DNA of 64,000 nt from Lama glama (GCA_028534125.1 CM052850.1:25978001-26042000); one strand, 5' to 3'. Positions 24,880-36,487 are shown, counted from the stretch's first letter. The notes: generated from the letters alone by a model not told the origin. Numbers and translations: made by a program.

Positions 24880-25080
24880 AGGTGGGGATGGGGTAAGGAG
24901 GGAGGGGAGGGGGCTGAGGGTGAGGGAGGGGGTGAGGAGGGAGGGGAGGGTGGGGGTGAAGAGGGAGGGGAGGGGTGGGGGTGACGAGGGGGCGAGGGGA
25001 GGTGAGGATGAGGACTGGGGAGGGAGGTGGGGGTGGGGAGGGGCAGGGAGGGGGGGTGAGGAGAAGGCAAGGGATGTGGG
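24880..25080 (+). repeat. G-rich polypurine low-complexity / degenerate minisatellite upstream of IL17C
   Basis: Repeated gagggaggggagggtgggggtga-like units; almost no C. Confidence 0.85.
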
Positions 25081-25142
25081 TATGGCCCACCCTGGGCTGG
25101 GCAGAGGAGACAGTGGCAGGAGGGAAGGAGGAAGCCGGCCCA

Positions 25143-25203
25143 GGCGCTTCCCCCAGGAGGAAGCGGCGCCCGGATTTTCCCCAGGTGTGGTCTGAGGTAT
25201 AAA
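25143..25203 (+). promoter_or_regulatory. IL17C core promoter: kB-like site (CGGATTTTCCC 25171-25181) and TATA box (TATAAA 25198-25203)
   Basis: Motifs seen directly ~115-145 nt upstream of the IL17C ATG; IL17C is an established NF-kB target. Confidence 0.7.
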
Positions 25204-25314
25204 GGTGTCGTGTGAGCACCCAGAGCCGCCACACCAGGTCAGCCTGCAGCTACGCCTGGAACCCTAGGCAGGTGCACTGCCGCTTGAAGCCCGGAGCCCA
25301 GTCGACGCTGTTCG

Positions 25315-26650
25315 ATGGTGAGCCTGAGCCACTGCCTCCCCCACGTGCCCACTGCGCTGGAGCCTCCTGGCCCTGGATGGTTGGTGGCTCACTGACCCCA
25401 GGCTGAAGATGTTGGGATAGGGTCCCGGGAACCCCCAAATCTGGGGGCAAAAGGGGGTCAAGGAGCCTGGGTGGGCTGGGGAGGGTGGGCTGGGGAGGGT
25501 GGGCTGAGGGGCTAGTCCCTCTGGGCCTCAGTTCTCCCACTGTAGCGGGGGGCTGTCCCCTGCCTTTCCACAGGGAGCAGAGCCCCCTTCCCTGGGCACC
25601 CCCTGACCACCCACCACCTACTCCACCAGCTCATCCCTGGCCTCCTGCTTCTGGTCTGGCTGCCCGCCAGCCTGACTCGCCACAGCCCCCCACTCTGGGC
25701 AGGGGCCCACGCCCACACCCACAGGACTCCCCGCTGCTACTTGCCAGAGGAGCTGCCCCTGGGCCATGCCCCGCCCCACCTGCTGGCTCGAGCTGCCAGG
25801 TGGGAGCAGGCTTTGCCAGTAGCCCTCGTGTCCAGCCTGGAGGCGGCAGGCCGCAGGAGACGGCATTCGGGGCCCCCGGCTGGTGCCCAGTGCCCAGTGC
25901 TGCAGCCAGAGGAGGTGCTGGAAGCTGACCTCCACCAGCGCTCCATCTCTCCCTGGAGATACCGGTGAGAGCTGGGGGCTCCCTGGGCGTGGGGTCCCCA
26001 CTGTGTGGCGTTGGGCCCCTCCCTCCCCTCTCTGGGCCTCCCTGGGCCTCAGTGATTTCACCTGCTGAATAGGCTCAGCAATGGACCTCAGACCTGGGTC
26101 CGGCCAGCCCCCCACCCAGGGGGCGGGGCTCCTCCGGCCAGCTCCTCCCCAGCCCTCGGCCACTAGGGTCCCCTGGGGAAATTTGGGAGCCCCTACTGAG
26201 CCCCTGCAGGGGCTGGGCTGGGCCTGGTGGGGAGAGGGGGGGTCTCCTGTGCCCTGGGAGGGCCGCAGGCGACACAGGCAGTTACCCACTGAGCACTGGC
26301 TGCGTGCCCAGCCCCCTGGGGACCCCACACCACCCACCCCACAGCCCAGGGCGCCCCAGGCTCCCTGACACCCCGTCCGCCCTGACAGCGTGGACACGGA
26401 TGAGAGCCGCTACCCGCAGAAGCTGGCCTTTGCCGAGTGCCTGTGCAGGGGCTGCATCAACGCCAAGACGGGCCACGAGACAGCGTCGCTCAACTCTGTG
26501 CTGCTGCACCAGAGCCTGCTCGTGCTGCGCCGCCGGCCCTGCCCACCGGCCGCCGCGGGGCCGCCCACGCCCGGGGCCTTCGCCTTCCACGCGGAGTTCA
26601 TCCGCGTGCCCGTGGGCTGCACCTGCGTCCTGCCCAGGTCGGCGAGGTGA
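25315..26650 (+). CDS. IL17C: Interleukin-17C (coding exons 25315-25317, 25630-25964, 26389-26650; 199 aa)
   Basis: ATG|gtgagc, then signal peptide LIPGLLLLVWLPASLT, ...QRSISPWRYR|VDTDESRYPQKLAFAECLCRGC...VPVGCTCVLPR. These are the IL-17 cystine-knot motifs; 600 nt in frame. Confidence 0.95.
25630..25964 (+). CDS. IL17C: IL17C exon 2
   Basis: ccaccag acceptor, CG|gtgaga donor; signal peptide through RSISPWRY. Confidence 0.93.
26389..26650 (+). CDS. IL17C: IL17C exon 3 (coding part)
   Basis: ctgacag acceptor; CLCRGC and GCTC motifs; TGA 26648-26650. Confidence 0.95.
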
Positions 26651-26725
26651 CCGCCAGGTCAGCAAGGTGACCGCCGGCTCGGCTCCCGGACTGGCCAGCG
26701 GGACCACTCCCCAAGAGGCCCCTCC

Positions 26726-26753
26726 TATTTATGTGTATTTATTGGTTATTTAT
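26726..26753 (+). promoter_or_regulatory. AU-rich element cluster in the IL17C 3'UTR (3x TATTTAT)
   Basis: ATTTA at 26727, 26737 and 26748 in an otherwise GC-rich UTR; typical of cytokine mRNAs. Confidence 0.8.
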
Positions 26754-27094
26754 GTGCCCCTGGGGCTCCTGGGCGGGTCCCCAGGCTCCAGGCCTCTGCC
26801 CTGAGGTGACAGTGGAGATGGGGCCCGGGAAGGACCATGTCGTCGGGCCCAGAGGGGACTCTGCACTGGCCAGCTCCACCTGGAGACACGGTTTACCCTG
26901 GAATATTTTTGCTCTTCTAGAACTTCTGAAAACAACAACAGAAAAGGTGTCCTGATGGCTGCTTCCACCTTGGTAGCCCCCGGGCTCTCCTCGCCCCCAC
27001 CCCTCCCTGGTCTCAGCCTCCCTCTCCCCAGCCCCGAGGAGACACAAGTACCCCGTGTTTCTGAAAGTGATTATTTTATGTATGAGTCCGTGTT

Positions 27095-27100
27095 ATTAAA
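27095..27100 (+). terminator. IL17C polyadenylation signal ATTAAA
   Basis: First strong hexamer after the IL17C stop, in an AT-rich patch with upstream TGTA. Confidence 0.7.
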
Positions 27101-28798
27101 CTGAGCACAGTGCTGGATGGCAGGGGCCAGTGGGTGAGGACACACCCCTCGCCCTCACCCCTTCCTGGCCCTCCACACCCAGCTGGTCCCCCAGCGGCAG
27201 CTACTGACCCAGAGTCTGGTGTGGGCCACACCAGAAGGTTCTGTGCATGAACCCAGACGCGCCCTTGGCCATGCAGCGGCTCCGGGGCCAGGGGGTGGGC
27301 CCTGCTCTCAAAGCCCAGCCCTCTCCTCATGGGCATGGGTGTGGCCCCGGGGATGCACCCCCCTGCCCCGTGGACGGGCACCCTGAGGGTGACTTCCCAG
27401 GTGGTCGGCTGGCTCAGGGGGCCCGTCTGCATCCTGGCTGAGTCACACTCCCCCAGCCCCAGCAGAGAGGCCCAGGCAGCTCTGGATGCCCCCTCGGGTT
27501 TCCGTCCCCCACTGTGACCTGCAGAGCAGGGGCAGTGGGGGCCCAGCCTGCACTCACCAGAGTGTCCTGAGTCCGAATGCATTTTGGGGCATCTGGTTCA
27601 GGGGCCCAAGCGTGTGGCCTCAGCAGCTCCAGCTTTGCTACCACCCTCCGTGGAGCCCCCATGTCCCCAATGCGCACAGGCCCGGCGAGACTCAGGGCTG
27701 ATGTGGGGCTGGGGCGCTGCAGGACAGTGGTCTGCACCCCTCGCCAGCCTCACCCACTGACTGACACCCACTGTGTGGAAGTGCCTGGGAAGAGGGGAAG
27801 GGTCTCAGAGAAGGCTTCCCGGAGGAGGTGGTTGGCCTTTGTCATGAGCCTGGAGGGGCTCTTCACTCAGCACTTACTGGCTGAGTGTGTGCCGTGTGTC
27901 CAGCACTGGGAGGAGAGCTGTGAACAAAACAGACAGCCCCGCCCGCCCTGAGGGTGACCGGCAGCCCAAGGCAGGCAGCAAAGCACTTGGCCTGCTGGTG
28001 AAGGAACCAGGGGCAGTGATGCAGGGAGGGAAGAGGTGGCCCCTGAGAACGGCCAGGGTGGCCATCCGGGGCCTGGTGTTCCAGGCAGAGGGGAGCCTGT
28101 GCTCAGGGGTGGAGGGAGGTCCGTGTGGCTGGAGCCCTGGGAGAGGGGTGAAGGGGGCCAGCCCAGTAGGAGCCGGGGTGGAGATGGTGTCTGTCCCGGG
28201 CTGTGGGAGCTTGTGGGCCCTAAGCCGGGCACTGGACGGGACAGGGCAGTTCTGGGCCTGGGGGTGGGGGAGAAACAGTGGGGCGACTGGATTTATGCTG
28301 ATGGTGGAGCCAGGATTGGGCGTGAGGTGCGTGAGGGGCAGTCAGGGGGGCCTGAAGTTTAGCTGACCTTCTGGAAGGCCAGAGTGGCCATTCCTGGGGT
28401 GGGGCCAGACAGAGATGCTGGTGCAGTGTTGAGTGCTGGCTGCCTGGGCGGGGTGTACGCCAGGCCAGAGGCTGAAGGGCTAGGACCCCTGGCTCTGGAA
28501 GCACCAGAGCGGTGCAAGCAGCAGGCGAGCTGCTTCAGGACTTCTCCAGACTTGGGGGAAGTGGGTGCCTGGGGAGGAGGGGGCTTCCCAGGCTGCGGTG
28601 GGACAGGCAGGAGCCAGGAGGCCCACGCCCGGGCCTGCCGCGGCTGGTGAGTGTCTGTGGTGTGTGTTGGGGGGTGTGAGGGGCGGTGTGTATGCTGTAT
28701 AGGTGTGTGTGTGTTATGGAACCACATTTGGTCTGTTGGCCTGCTGATCACACACCCCACAGCCCCCCTCCCTCACTGTCTAAAAACCCCTCCAGGTA

Positions 28799-28933
28799 GG
28801 GGGGAGGGTGTAGCTCAGTGGTAGAGTGTGTGCTTAGTGTGTTCGAGGTCCTGGGGATGGAACCCAGGAACCATTAAAATAAATTAATAAATCTAATCAC
28901 CCCCAAAAAAAACAACAAAAAATTAAATAAAAA
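28799..28933 (+). mobile_element. tRNA-derived SINE (camelid-type) with A-rich tail
   Basis: ggggagggtgtagctcagtggtagag (A box)...tail aataaatctaatcacccccaaaa; degenerate target-site duplication taaaaacc on both sides. Confidence 0.8.
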
Positions 28934-29420
28934 CCAGTCCCTGAAACCCACTGGGGAGTTGGGGTCTGCTGAGCGTGAGCCGTTGGCTCCTCACTTGGCG
29001 CCTGCAGTGAGCACTGCACTCGCCTGGACCGCAGCCCAGTGCCAATAGGCTGGCTTTCTGCGCACAGGCGGGCAGACCCAGGTTTGGTTTGGTAACAATT
29101 CTGGTGCCCGGGTGGGATCGGGACCTGAGTGGGCACATGCCTGTGGCACACTGGCCCCCGGGAGTCCTCCAGCAGGAAAGCCCTAGCAGGTCAGGTTGAG
29201 GGGCTCGTGGGACGCACACTCCCTTCCCCCAGGCCTGGACGTTCATTTCCAGAGGAGAAACTCAGGCACGAGGGGTTCCAGATACGTGTTTCATGGAACA
29301 AGTGAGGCACTGAGGCTCCAGTGCAGCTCAGGAGATGACCGCGCAGCTGGGGGTGAACAGGGAAGGGGCTGCAGCCACAGGCTTGCCCGGGCGTGGGGGC
29401 TGCCGGAGCTCCGGCCCTGG

Positions 29421-29636
29421 TCACACCACCTCGTCTGTCACCGGCACAGGGTTTTCCTGGGGGCCACCTGTGGGGACCCCCGCAGCTGCCGCCGCCTCCT
29501 CTCCCGGCTTCTTGCGGGCCTCGGCCGGGGGTCGGGGCGGGGGGTTGCTGGGCGGCTGCTTGATGGTGCCCCCCACCTGTGGCCGCTCCCTGGGCTTGGG
29601 CTCGATCGGGGTCCACTGCTCGCCACGGATGGCCGC
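29421..29636 (-). CDS. CYBA: CYBA exon 6 (coding part, proline-rich SH3-binding region)
   Basis: [15 protein letters not shown]...[10 protein letters not shown]...TDEVV*. Confidence 0.95.
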   Translation of the reverse strand, partial: AAIRGEQWTPIEPKPRERPQVGGTIKQPPSNPPPRPPAEARKKPGEEAAAAAGVPTGGPQENPVPVTDEVV

Positions 29637-32600
29637 CTGCAGGACACGGAGGGGCTGGGCCGCAGGCTCCTCTCGGGCAGCCTCCGCCCCGTCTCACCAT
29701 CCCCGTACTCCCCACAGCCGAGAGGGGCAGGACAGGCCTGAAGGGACTGCAGCTCAGAGAGGGTATGTGACTGAGGCCTCTCAAGGGCCGTCTGCTGCAG
29801 CTCTGCTCCAGGCAAACCCAGCCCCAGGTCTTGGAGAGCATTCTCGAGGCATCTGCCTGGCTAACAGGCTCCGGGAAGTGCCCCTGACAGCACCTTGGAC
29901 TGGAAGAGGGAAGTCTGACCAACGACTCCCAGGCCAGGCCAGGCCCCTCTGAGCCCCCGCTTCCTTGTGTAAGGTTGGGACCCTGCCACCCCCCATTACA
30001 GGGCCACAGTGTGGATTACAGGAGGCGTGTAGGGGACCAGCCAGCACATTGCATGGGCCATTAACGGAGGCCACAACATCCCTGTCCCCACCACAACCTG
30101 AGCAGGGACACGGCCGGCCTCGAGGCTGAGGCTGCTGAGGACCAATGGGGCTGACCACAGGGACACTACTCACCAGCAGGTAGATGCCACTGGCGATGAC
30201 CAAGCAGGCTGTCCCCAGGATGGTGGCAAGCAGGAAGCCGGCAGGTACCGACAGCCTGGCGGGGGGCGAGGGTGGGTGCAGGGGACAGAAGGGCGGTCAG
30301 AAGAGAGTCCACAGCCCCAGGCCTTGGTCAGAGACCACAGAATTGCAGGACGAAGCAGACTGTAAGTGTGTTCAGGGGGGGCCCTGACCTGCCAAAGACT
30401 GGTCTTCTCACTTTGGGGCCCCCGAGCTGTTCTCAGCCAGGTCTGTTGACAAGCCTGGGGACACTGGCTCTTGGCCCCCAGCCGGCACGCTGGGAAGACA
30501 CCCAGGCAGCTGCCAATGGCTGGGTGCCACGGCCTCCCCAGCAGTGACCCAGCTGCATACATGCGACGCAGCTGAGCAGAGCTGCCCGGCTGAGCCCAGT
30601 GAACCCAGGACCCTGAGGTTCCGGGTCTAAGCTACTGAGGTTGGGGTGAATGGTGACCCCGCAAGTTATAGTGGATACGGGGCTGGGGAACCTCTGGCAG
30701 AACCCGGGCCCTGGGTTCTTGTTTGAAACAGCATCTGGACCGGGAGGGGGCTCAGTCCACCCAAGCAGTGCGGCGCAGGCGGCCCGCAGGTGGGGCCTCC
30801 TGACCCTGAGAGGGCACGGGGACTCACCCAAGGTGCAGGAAGGCCCGGATGTAGTAATTCCTGGTGAGGGGCCCGAACAGCTTCACCACTCTGGTCATGT
30901 ACTTCTGTCCACTAAGCCAAGAGAGGGGAAGCAGACAGACCGTGTCCTACTCAGCACACAGCACCACCCGCCCAGCCCAGAGCACCCCCGCTGAGTGGGC
31001 ACCAGAGGGACGGGACCAGGCTCCTCCATGGTGGCTGGCCAGGCGCCCAGCCCTGTGAGCTCTGCCCAGCTCCCGGAAGGACCCCAGAGCAGGCCGGGGA
31101 GACTTACCACCTCTCCATGGTGGAGCCCTTGCTCCGCTTCCCCCGGGGGTACTCCAGCAGGCAGATGAGAACTCCTGCCGCACTGAAGCTGCAGTTAAGG
31201 AAGAGCCCGCTGACTAACGGGCCACAGGGAGCCCCCTTTGCTGATAGAAAAACAGAGAGGTGCAGCTGCTGCCTGAAGTCACACAGCCAGGAAGCAGCCA
31301 GGAGGGATTCGAGCAGGTCTGGCCACTTTGCTGCCTCCTTCCCTGTCCCAGCCCCTCCCTCCCCTACACCTGCCTTGGCTTCCCTAGGACCTGGAACCGC
31401 TAGGCCGGTAGAGGACAGTGAGGCCCGCCCACTCATGGACAGGCCTGGGCAGGCTGGGGAGGATGGCTGATAGAAGAGGGTGCAGGGGGATCTGAGCATC
31501 CCCGAGGCCTCACTGTCAGCCCTTGGGGGCCACTGACACCTCACATCCTTGCCAGAACCCAGCCCGGGCAAATCTGTCATTTCCTGCTCTGAGACCCTCC
31601 TGCCTTCCCCATCGCCGCTGGGAGTGCAGAGGAGCAGAGGTGTGAGCAGCCCTCTGCAAACTGTGAGGTGTGTCTGCCCCCAACCCCGCCTGGGGTCTGC
31701 AGCAGGAGGATACATGGAGTACGTGCCCAGGTACCACTGGGTGAACTGGCCTGCTGTGGCCACGATGCCCCCCGTGATGAGGACTGTGGGCAGAGGAGAA
31801 GCAGGTCAGTAGGTGCCCCCCATCCCTGCAGGGGCCCTGGCCACCTCCCCCGGGCTTCCCTCCCACAGTGGGGCTGCAAGCCCACCGCGGAGCTGCGCTT
31901 GAGTCTGTCACCATGTTTGCTGGGCAGGGGGCCCAGGCGGATGCAGACCCTGGCAGGTGATGGGGAGGCCGTAGGCATGGGGTCAGGATGCCTTCCCCTG
32001 GGAGCAGCGTGTGGGCGGAAGGAGCTGCCAAGGCAGGGTGGGGGTCGGGGCCTGGGACTGCTCCGTGGGCGCCCCTCCCCCCGTGCCAGTATCCCGTGCT
32101 CTGTCTGGTGCTGACATCCTGCTCCGGATGGAGTCTGTCTCTCCCAGCCGTCGGCTCAGATCTGTGCTCCTGGTCGCTGCAGGGACACGAGGGTCTCGGT
32201 CTTTCCTCCCCAGTAATGCTGTGTGGGCGGTAACACGAGCACCACACACAATGCCGCGTTTTTAGCCGTTTCACAGAGGGGGGCTCAGGAAGGGCATTCA
32301 CATCGCTGCGCCACTGTCCCCGCGTCTCACATCCCCAGCCGTTCACTGAGGTTTAATTACTACGTGACGGGCGCACATGTACGCTTGAGAACTTTACTTT
32401 CGTGTGACTCCCCCGATGTGACCTTGCCCAGTCAAGGTCCCCGTCACCCCGGAAGTCTCTCTCGGCTCTTCTGGGGTCAGCGGTCATCCTGGCCCTTCGT
32501 GTGGGTCACTCTTGCTGACTAGTTTTTGACTGAATCATCCACAGGTGACCTGTTCTGTGGCCTCGGGGACATGTCAGTTGCTTCCGGTTTGGGGCTACCA

Positions 32601-34963
32601 TGAATGGTAGTGAATTTAACGTATTTGTTGACTGTGGCTGCAGAGAGAAACTTACCTGATTTTATGTTTTCCCTTTAATGAGCACTTTTGTTGCTTCGCC
32701 TGCCTTTTGCTGACTTGATGGAACTTTAAAATCCCTCTTCCTGAACCACGTATGGACTTGAGAATGTTTCACTTCAATCTCACCCCAGGTTACCAGTGAT
32801 ACTCATTCTTTATAGTCAACACGGACTCGCTGCGTCCTCCCTCTGGTGCTGCTGCCCCTCCCCCTGGACCCAGCTTCGCTCTGGCTGAAGCTCACCCCTC
32901 TGTGGTCCTTTCCCGGGACCGGAACTTCCTGGTCGGTGGTCCTTGCAACACAGGGTCGGGGAGGGCAGCCCCTATTCCCTGCACAGCCCAGGCCTGGGTT
33001 TCCAGAGGTTTCCTCTTGCCCGTGGCATTCTTCATCTGGGCTCTGGCACAGACAGCGCACTTCTCGGAGGGGGCGCTCTTGTGGTGTTTCCTGTGCGGGC
33101 AGCCCTTTACAGCACCAGCCTCAGGCATGCAGCTTGGTTTCAGCCCTTTTCCAGAGAGGCCCCCGAGCCCCTCCAGCCCCCAGAGCCCCGCTGCCATTGG
33201 CTGGTTTCGGGCTGCGCTGCGCACTCAGGCTCATTGTGCTGCCAGGACCCTGTGCGCTGCGGGCAGGCCCTTGCAGCACCGTGTCCACTCGTCCTGGGGA
33301 CACCACTTCCTCAGCCTGGGTCTCGGTCATCAGCAAGAGAGAAGCTCGCAGGTGGCGTGTGCAGGGCCGCTGGGTCCCGCTGGGACCCAGGCCTCAGCTG
33401 GCACGGGGCTGTGGCCTCGGGTGAGGACATAAACTTCAGCTAGTGGAGAACTGGGACGGGGGACGTGACAGGAAGCCCAGGTGGGTGGCCCCGGAGAGGG
33501 GTGGGGGGCAGGGGGAGAACAGGCCTGGGGGCTGCGATCTCACTCGTGGGGCCTGGTCTGAGGAGGCCAGGCTATAGTCAATACTGAGTCAGGAGGAAAA
33601 GGCAGACCAAGGAGGTCAGAAGGGTGACCTTCCCACAAGCCGCCCCATCTGATGGTGGATGTCGGGGCATCACTGTAAAGAGGACACAGAACAGCCCTGC
33701 CCCCCGGGTGTTGGCTGAGAACAGGGAAGCCACCACGGGGGTACCATCTGCACCCTTGGGACAGGAATCCAGGCCTCTCAGCTCCACGCTCAGAGCCTGC
33801 AGTCACCCTCTCCTTCTGGGGGCTGGGGGTCTGCTAAGGACAGCTCTGGGCAGAAATGAGATGAGGAGAGCCATCTACTGACCTGCTGGGTTCTTAGCCA
33901 CTCCAGACCCAGGAGAGACCACCCTCCAAAATATGACCTTGCCCTGTGGGCAGGCCGGATACCTCACCCGTCTCTGCTCCCCTACCCGTCCCAGCTTGGC
34001 CAGCTCCTCTGCCCCCAGCTGGCACTGGTGGGTGAGGGGGGCGTGTCTGGGTCTCTCTTCTAAGTGTATAGTGCAGACCCCACTGCTCCTTGACCAGAGC
34101 AAGGCTGGGTGATGGGGCCCTGCCGTCCCTCCCAGGAGCACCTGGGGAGCTGGGAGGGAGGGGCAGTGGGGGCCGTTTACAGCACTGTGCACAGGGCCCT
34201 CCTCAGCAGACCCAGGGCTGGGCCCCAGAGGGAGGGTCACCCCTCCGTGGGCCAAGCGCCTGGCCAGGAGGCAGGAGGAGCCCACCTCTGCACCCCAGGG
34301 CCCCTGGGAAGGAGCCCCCACACCAGCACAGGAGGGGCCACAGGGGCGGGTCAGGCCGGGTTTTTCCAACCCGATGGGTGGTGACTCTCCGGAAACCACC
34401 AGGGGCGAAAACGCCTCTTCCCCCAGCTTCAACTTCCTCTTTTCAGGGGGTGAGTGGAGGAGTGAAGCAGGAACAGCTGTGGCAGCGGGACAGAGGATGG
34501 GAGGTGGGGTGCATGGGTCTGCAGGGCAGGAGGGCACTGAATCCTTCTCCTCAACCTGAGGGCTGCAGCCTGTCCTGACACTGGCCCCAGGCCCTTTCCC
34601 ACGGGGCTGCAGGTCCCTGGCAGAAGGCTCCAGACTCAGCCCCCACCCCCAGGCTTCAGTTCCCACTTCCTGACCTGCAGTCTGGGGTCTCTGGCTGGTC
34701 CGGACCCTGCTCCCCACCCCTGCCTCCAGCCTGCTCCTTTCCCACTTCCCCGGCCCACAGCCTAGGGTAGCTGACTCCTGGCCCTCAGCTTTGCTCTGCT
34801 GGGCCCTGGCCAATCCTGAGGGTTTAAGTTTCGGCGCCCCTCACCCCAGGTTCAGCCGTCCCTGCGGCCCCCACCCCAAGTGCCAGAGCCCTGATGCCCA
34901 CTCACTCAGGCCAGATGCCAGCGCCTGCTCGTTGGCCCACATGGCCCACTCGATCTGCCCCAT
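29421..34963 (-). CDS. CYBA: Cytochrome b-245 light chain p22phox (6 exons; 194 aa)
   Basis: Exons 34906-34963, 31714-31783, 31108-31182, 30828-30911, 30174-30255 and 29421-29636 give [37 protein letters not shown]...LLEYPRGKR...[18 protein letters not shown]...VTDEVV*. Confidence 0.97.
30174..30255 (-). CDS. CYBA: CYBA exon 5
   Basis: 82 nt, [27 protein letters not shown]. Confidence 0.94.
30828..30911 (-). CDS. CYBA: CYBA exon 4
   Basis: 84 nt, [27 protein letters not shown]. Confidence 0.94.
31108..31182 (-). CDS. CYBA: CYBA exon 3
   Basis: 75 nt, [24 protein letters not shown]. Confidence 0.94.
31714..31783 (-). CDS. CYBA: CYBA exon 2
   Basis: 70 nt, [22 protein letters not shown]. 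Confidence 0.94.
34906..34963 (-). CDS. CYBA: CYBA exon 1 (coding part)
   Basis: gccgccATG Kozak context; [19 protein letters not shown]; gtgagt donor. Confidence 0.95.
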
Positions 34964-35110
34964 GGCGGCCGCACGGCTCCCCAAGGCTCCTCCGACTGGC
35001 TCAGACCCTTCGGACCCCGCGGCCTGAGCTCCGCCTGCCTCCTGCCAGCCCCGCCCAGAGTTTCCCAAGTTCCGGGGCCGCCTTGCTGCTCGCTCCGCCC
35101 CACCCTGGCT
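34964..35110 (-). promoter_or_regulatory. CYBA GC-box, TATA-less proximal promoter / 5'UTR
   Basis: CCCCGCCC and CTCCGCCCC GC boxes and CpGs immediately upstream of exon 1. Confidence 0.55.
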
Positions 35111-35924
35111 CCAGGTGACTGGCCTGGCCAGCAGGCAGGCGGGCCCATGCTCCCAGGAGCCTTGCCCCTACCCCTTCCATGAGAGCCTGGGCCGCCGGGA
35201 GCTCAGGGAGAGACCCAGCCACCCTGGCTTCAGTGGTGCCCCCCTGCAGAGGGAGCAGGGCCTCAGGCCAGGAACCCCTAGGCCTCATGGGGATCCCTCC
35301 CTGGCGGTCAGAGCAGGCCCAGCTCCGCCTCATCTGGCCTTGGGCTAGTGCAGGTGTGGGCAGCTGCAGCCCCTCTGCTCACCAGGACTGTCTTGGGGGG
35401 CTCCCAGGGTGCAGCTTCTGGGAAAACCCAGAGTGTAGGAGGGCAGGGTCCTGTCCTATCACCTCCCTCCTCTGCCCCACCTTTGGGTCAAGGTCAGGAC
35501 TCTCCAGCAGCAGGAAGCTGACCCTTTCTGGACAATGAGGGGAGCCAGGAGGTAGGTCAGAGGGCGCAGGTGCCCACCTCCTCTCCTCCCAGCCTGGCTG
35601 GGACAGTGCGGAGGGACTAGGAACACGGATGGAGTAGGTCACGCAAAGGAGGGAGTGACCCAGTGCTTCAGACCCACAGGCCCACAGCTTCTGCTCAATC
35701 GGCACTGCCCGCCTACCTTCCTGCCCCCAAACCACATCCCAGGCCATGAGCCTCAGTGACCAGGTCTGTCACAGTGTGGCCGGGGCTGTGGGGGGTGGCG
35801 AGCTGGGGGGAAGGTGAGTCCTCAGCCCCTCCTGCCAAGCCCACGGCAGCCCCTTCCCAGTCCTCACTGCAGAATGACCGCAAGGGCTCAGAGAAAGCAC
35901 GCCAGGCAGAGCCAGCTCACTGCC

Positions 35925-35930
35925 TTTACT
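35925..35930 (-). terminator. Probable MVD polyadenylation signal (variant AGTAAA)
   Basis: TTTACT on the plus strand ~560 nt past the MVD stop; no AATAAA/ATTAAA seen before CYBA. Confidence 0.55.
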
Positions 35931-36487
35931 CTGGGGCCAGACAGAGTCCCGTCCACCTCTCGGTGCTGCTCCCCGCCCCGCTCCAGACACACCACTGGTC
36001 TGTGAAGAAACTGCAGGCACATGGGCCTAAGCTCAGGGTCTGGAGGAACACTTCACGGAGGTGTCCTGAGGCTGCTCCCTGCACGGTGACTGGTCCTCCA
36101 GCCCCAAGGGGGACACTGATTGGCCGTCTTCTCCCTGGGGCAGTGGGGGTGGCCCAAGTTCAGGGCCAGAGAGCACTTCACTGGTGGGGGCACTGGCAGC
36201 TCCACCTGGATGGCTGGTCCTCCACGTCTGTCTCCTGATCTAGGCTCCCGTCTCAGCAAAGTGTGGGTGCAGGTGGGGAAGATGAGGTACTGGGGGGCTC
36301 CTGACCGCCTGTGTGGCTGCAGGTGTTTCTCCACTGCCCCAGCTCTGCCATGGCACATTGCCGGGCCCAGAGTGAGGCAGCCACCCACAATCCCAACAAG
36401 CAGGGTGGGCCGACCGCCACACCCGGCTCCCCAGTCCCAGTGAAGTGGCCCCTTCACCCAGTGGCAGCTGGGGCTCCACTAGGGTGC

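Noticed and set aside
28801-28870. tRNA-like sequence (tagctcagtggtagag)
   Set aside because: It has an A-rich tail, a target-site duplication and two further degenerate copies in the window, so it is a SINE, not a tRNA gene.
30899-30901. CYBA Tyr at the position of the human His72Tyr polymorphism
   Set aside because: Tyr is, as far as I recall, the usual state in non-human mammals, so this is not unusual.
33875-34813. 312-aa minus-strand ORF in CYBA intron 1, and similar long ORFs (18950-19873, 52591-53505, 31516-32346)
   Set aside because: Low-complexity Pro/Gly/Ala/Arg content, no recognisable domain, often non-ATG starts; expected by chance at this GC level.
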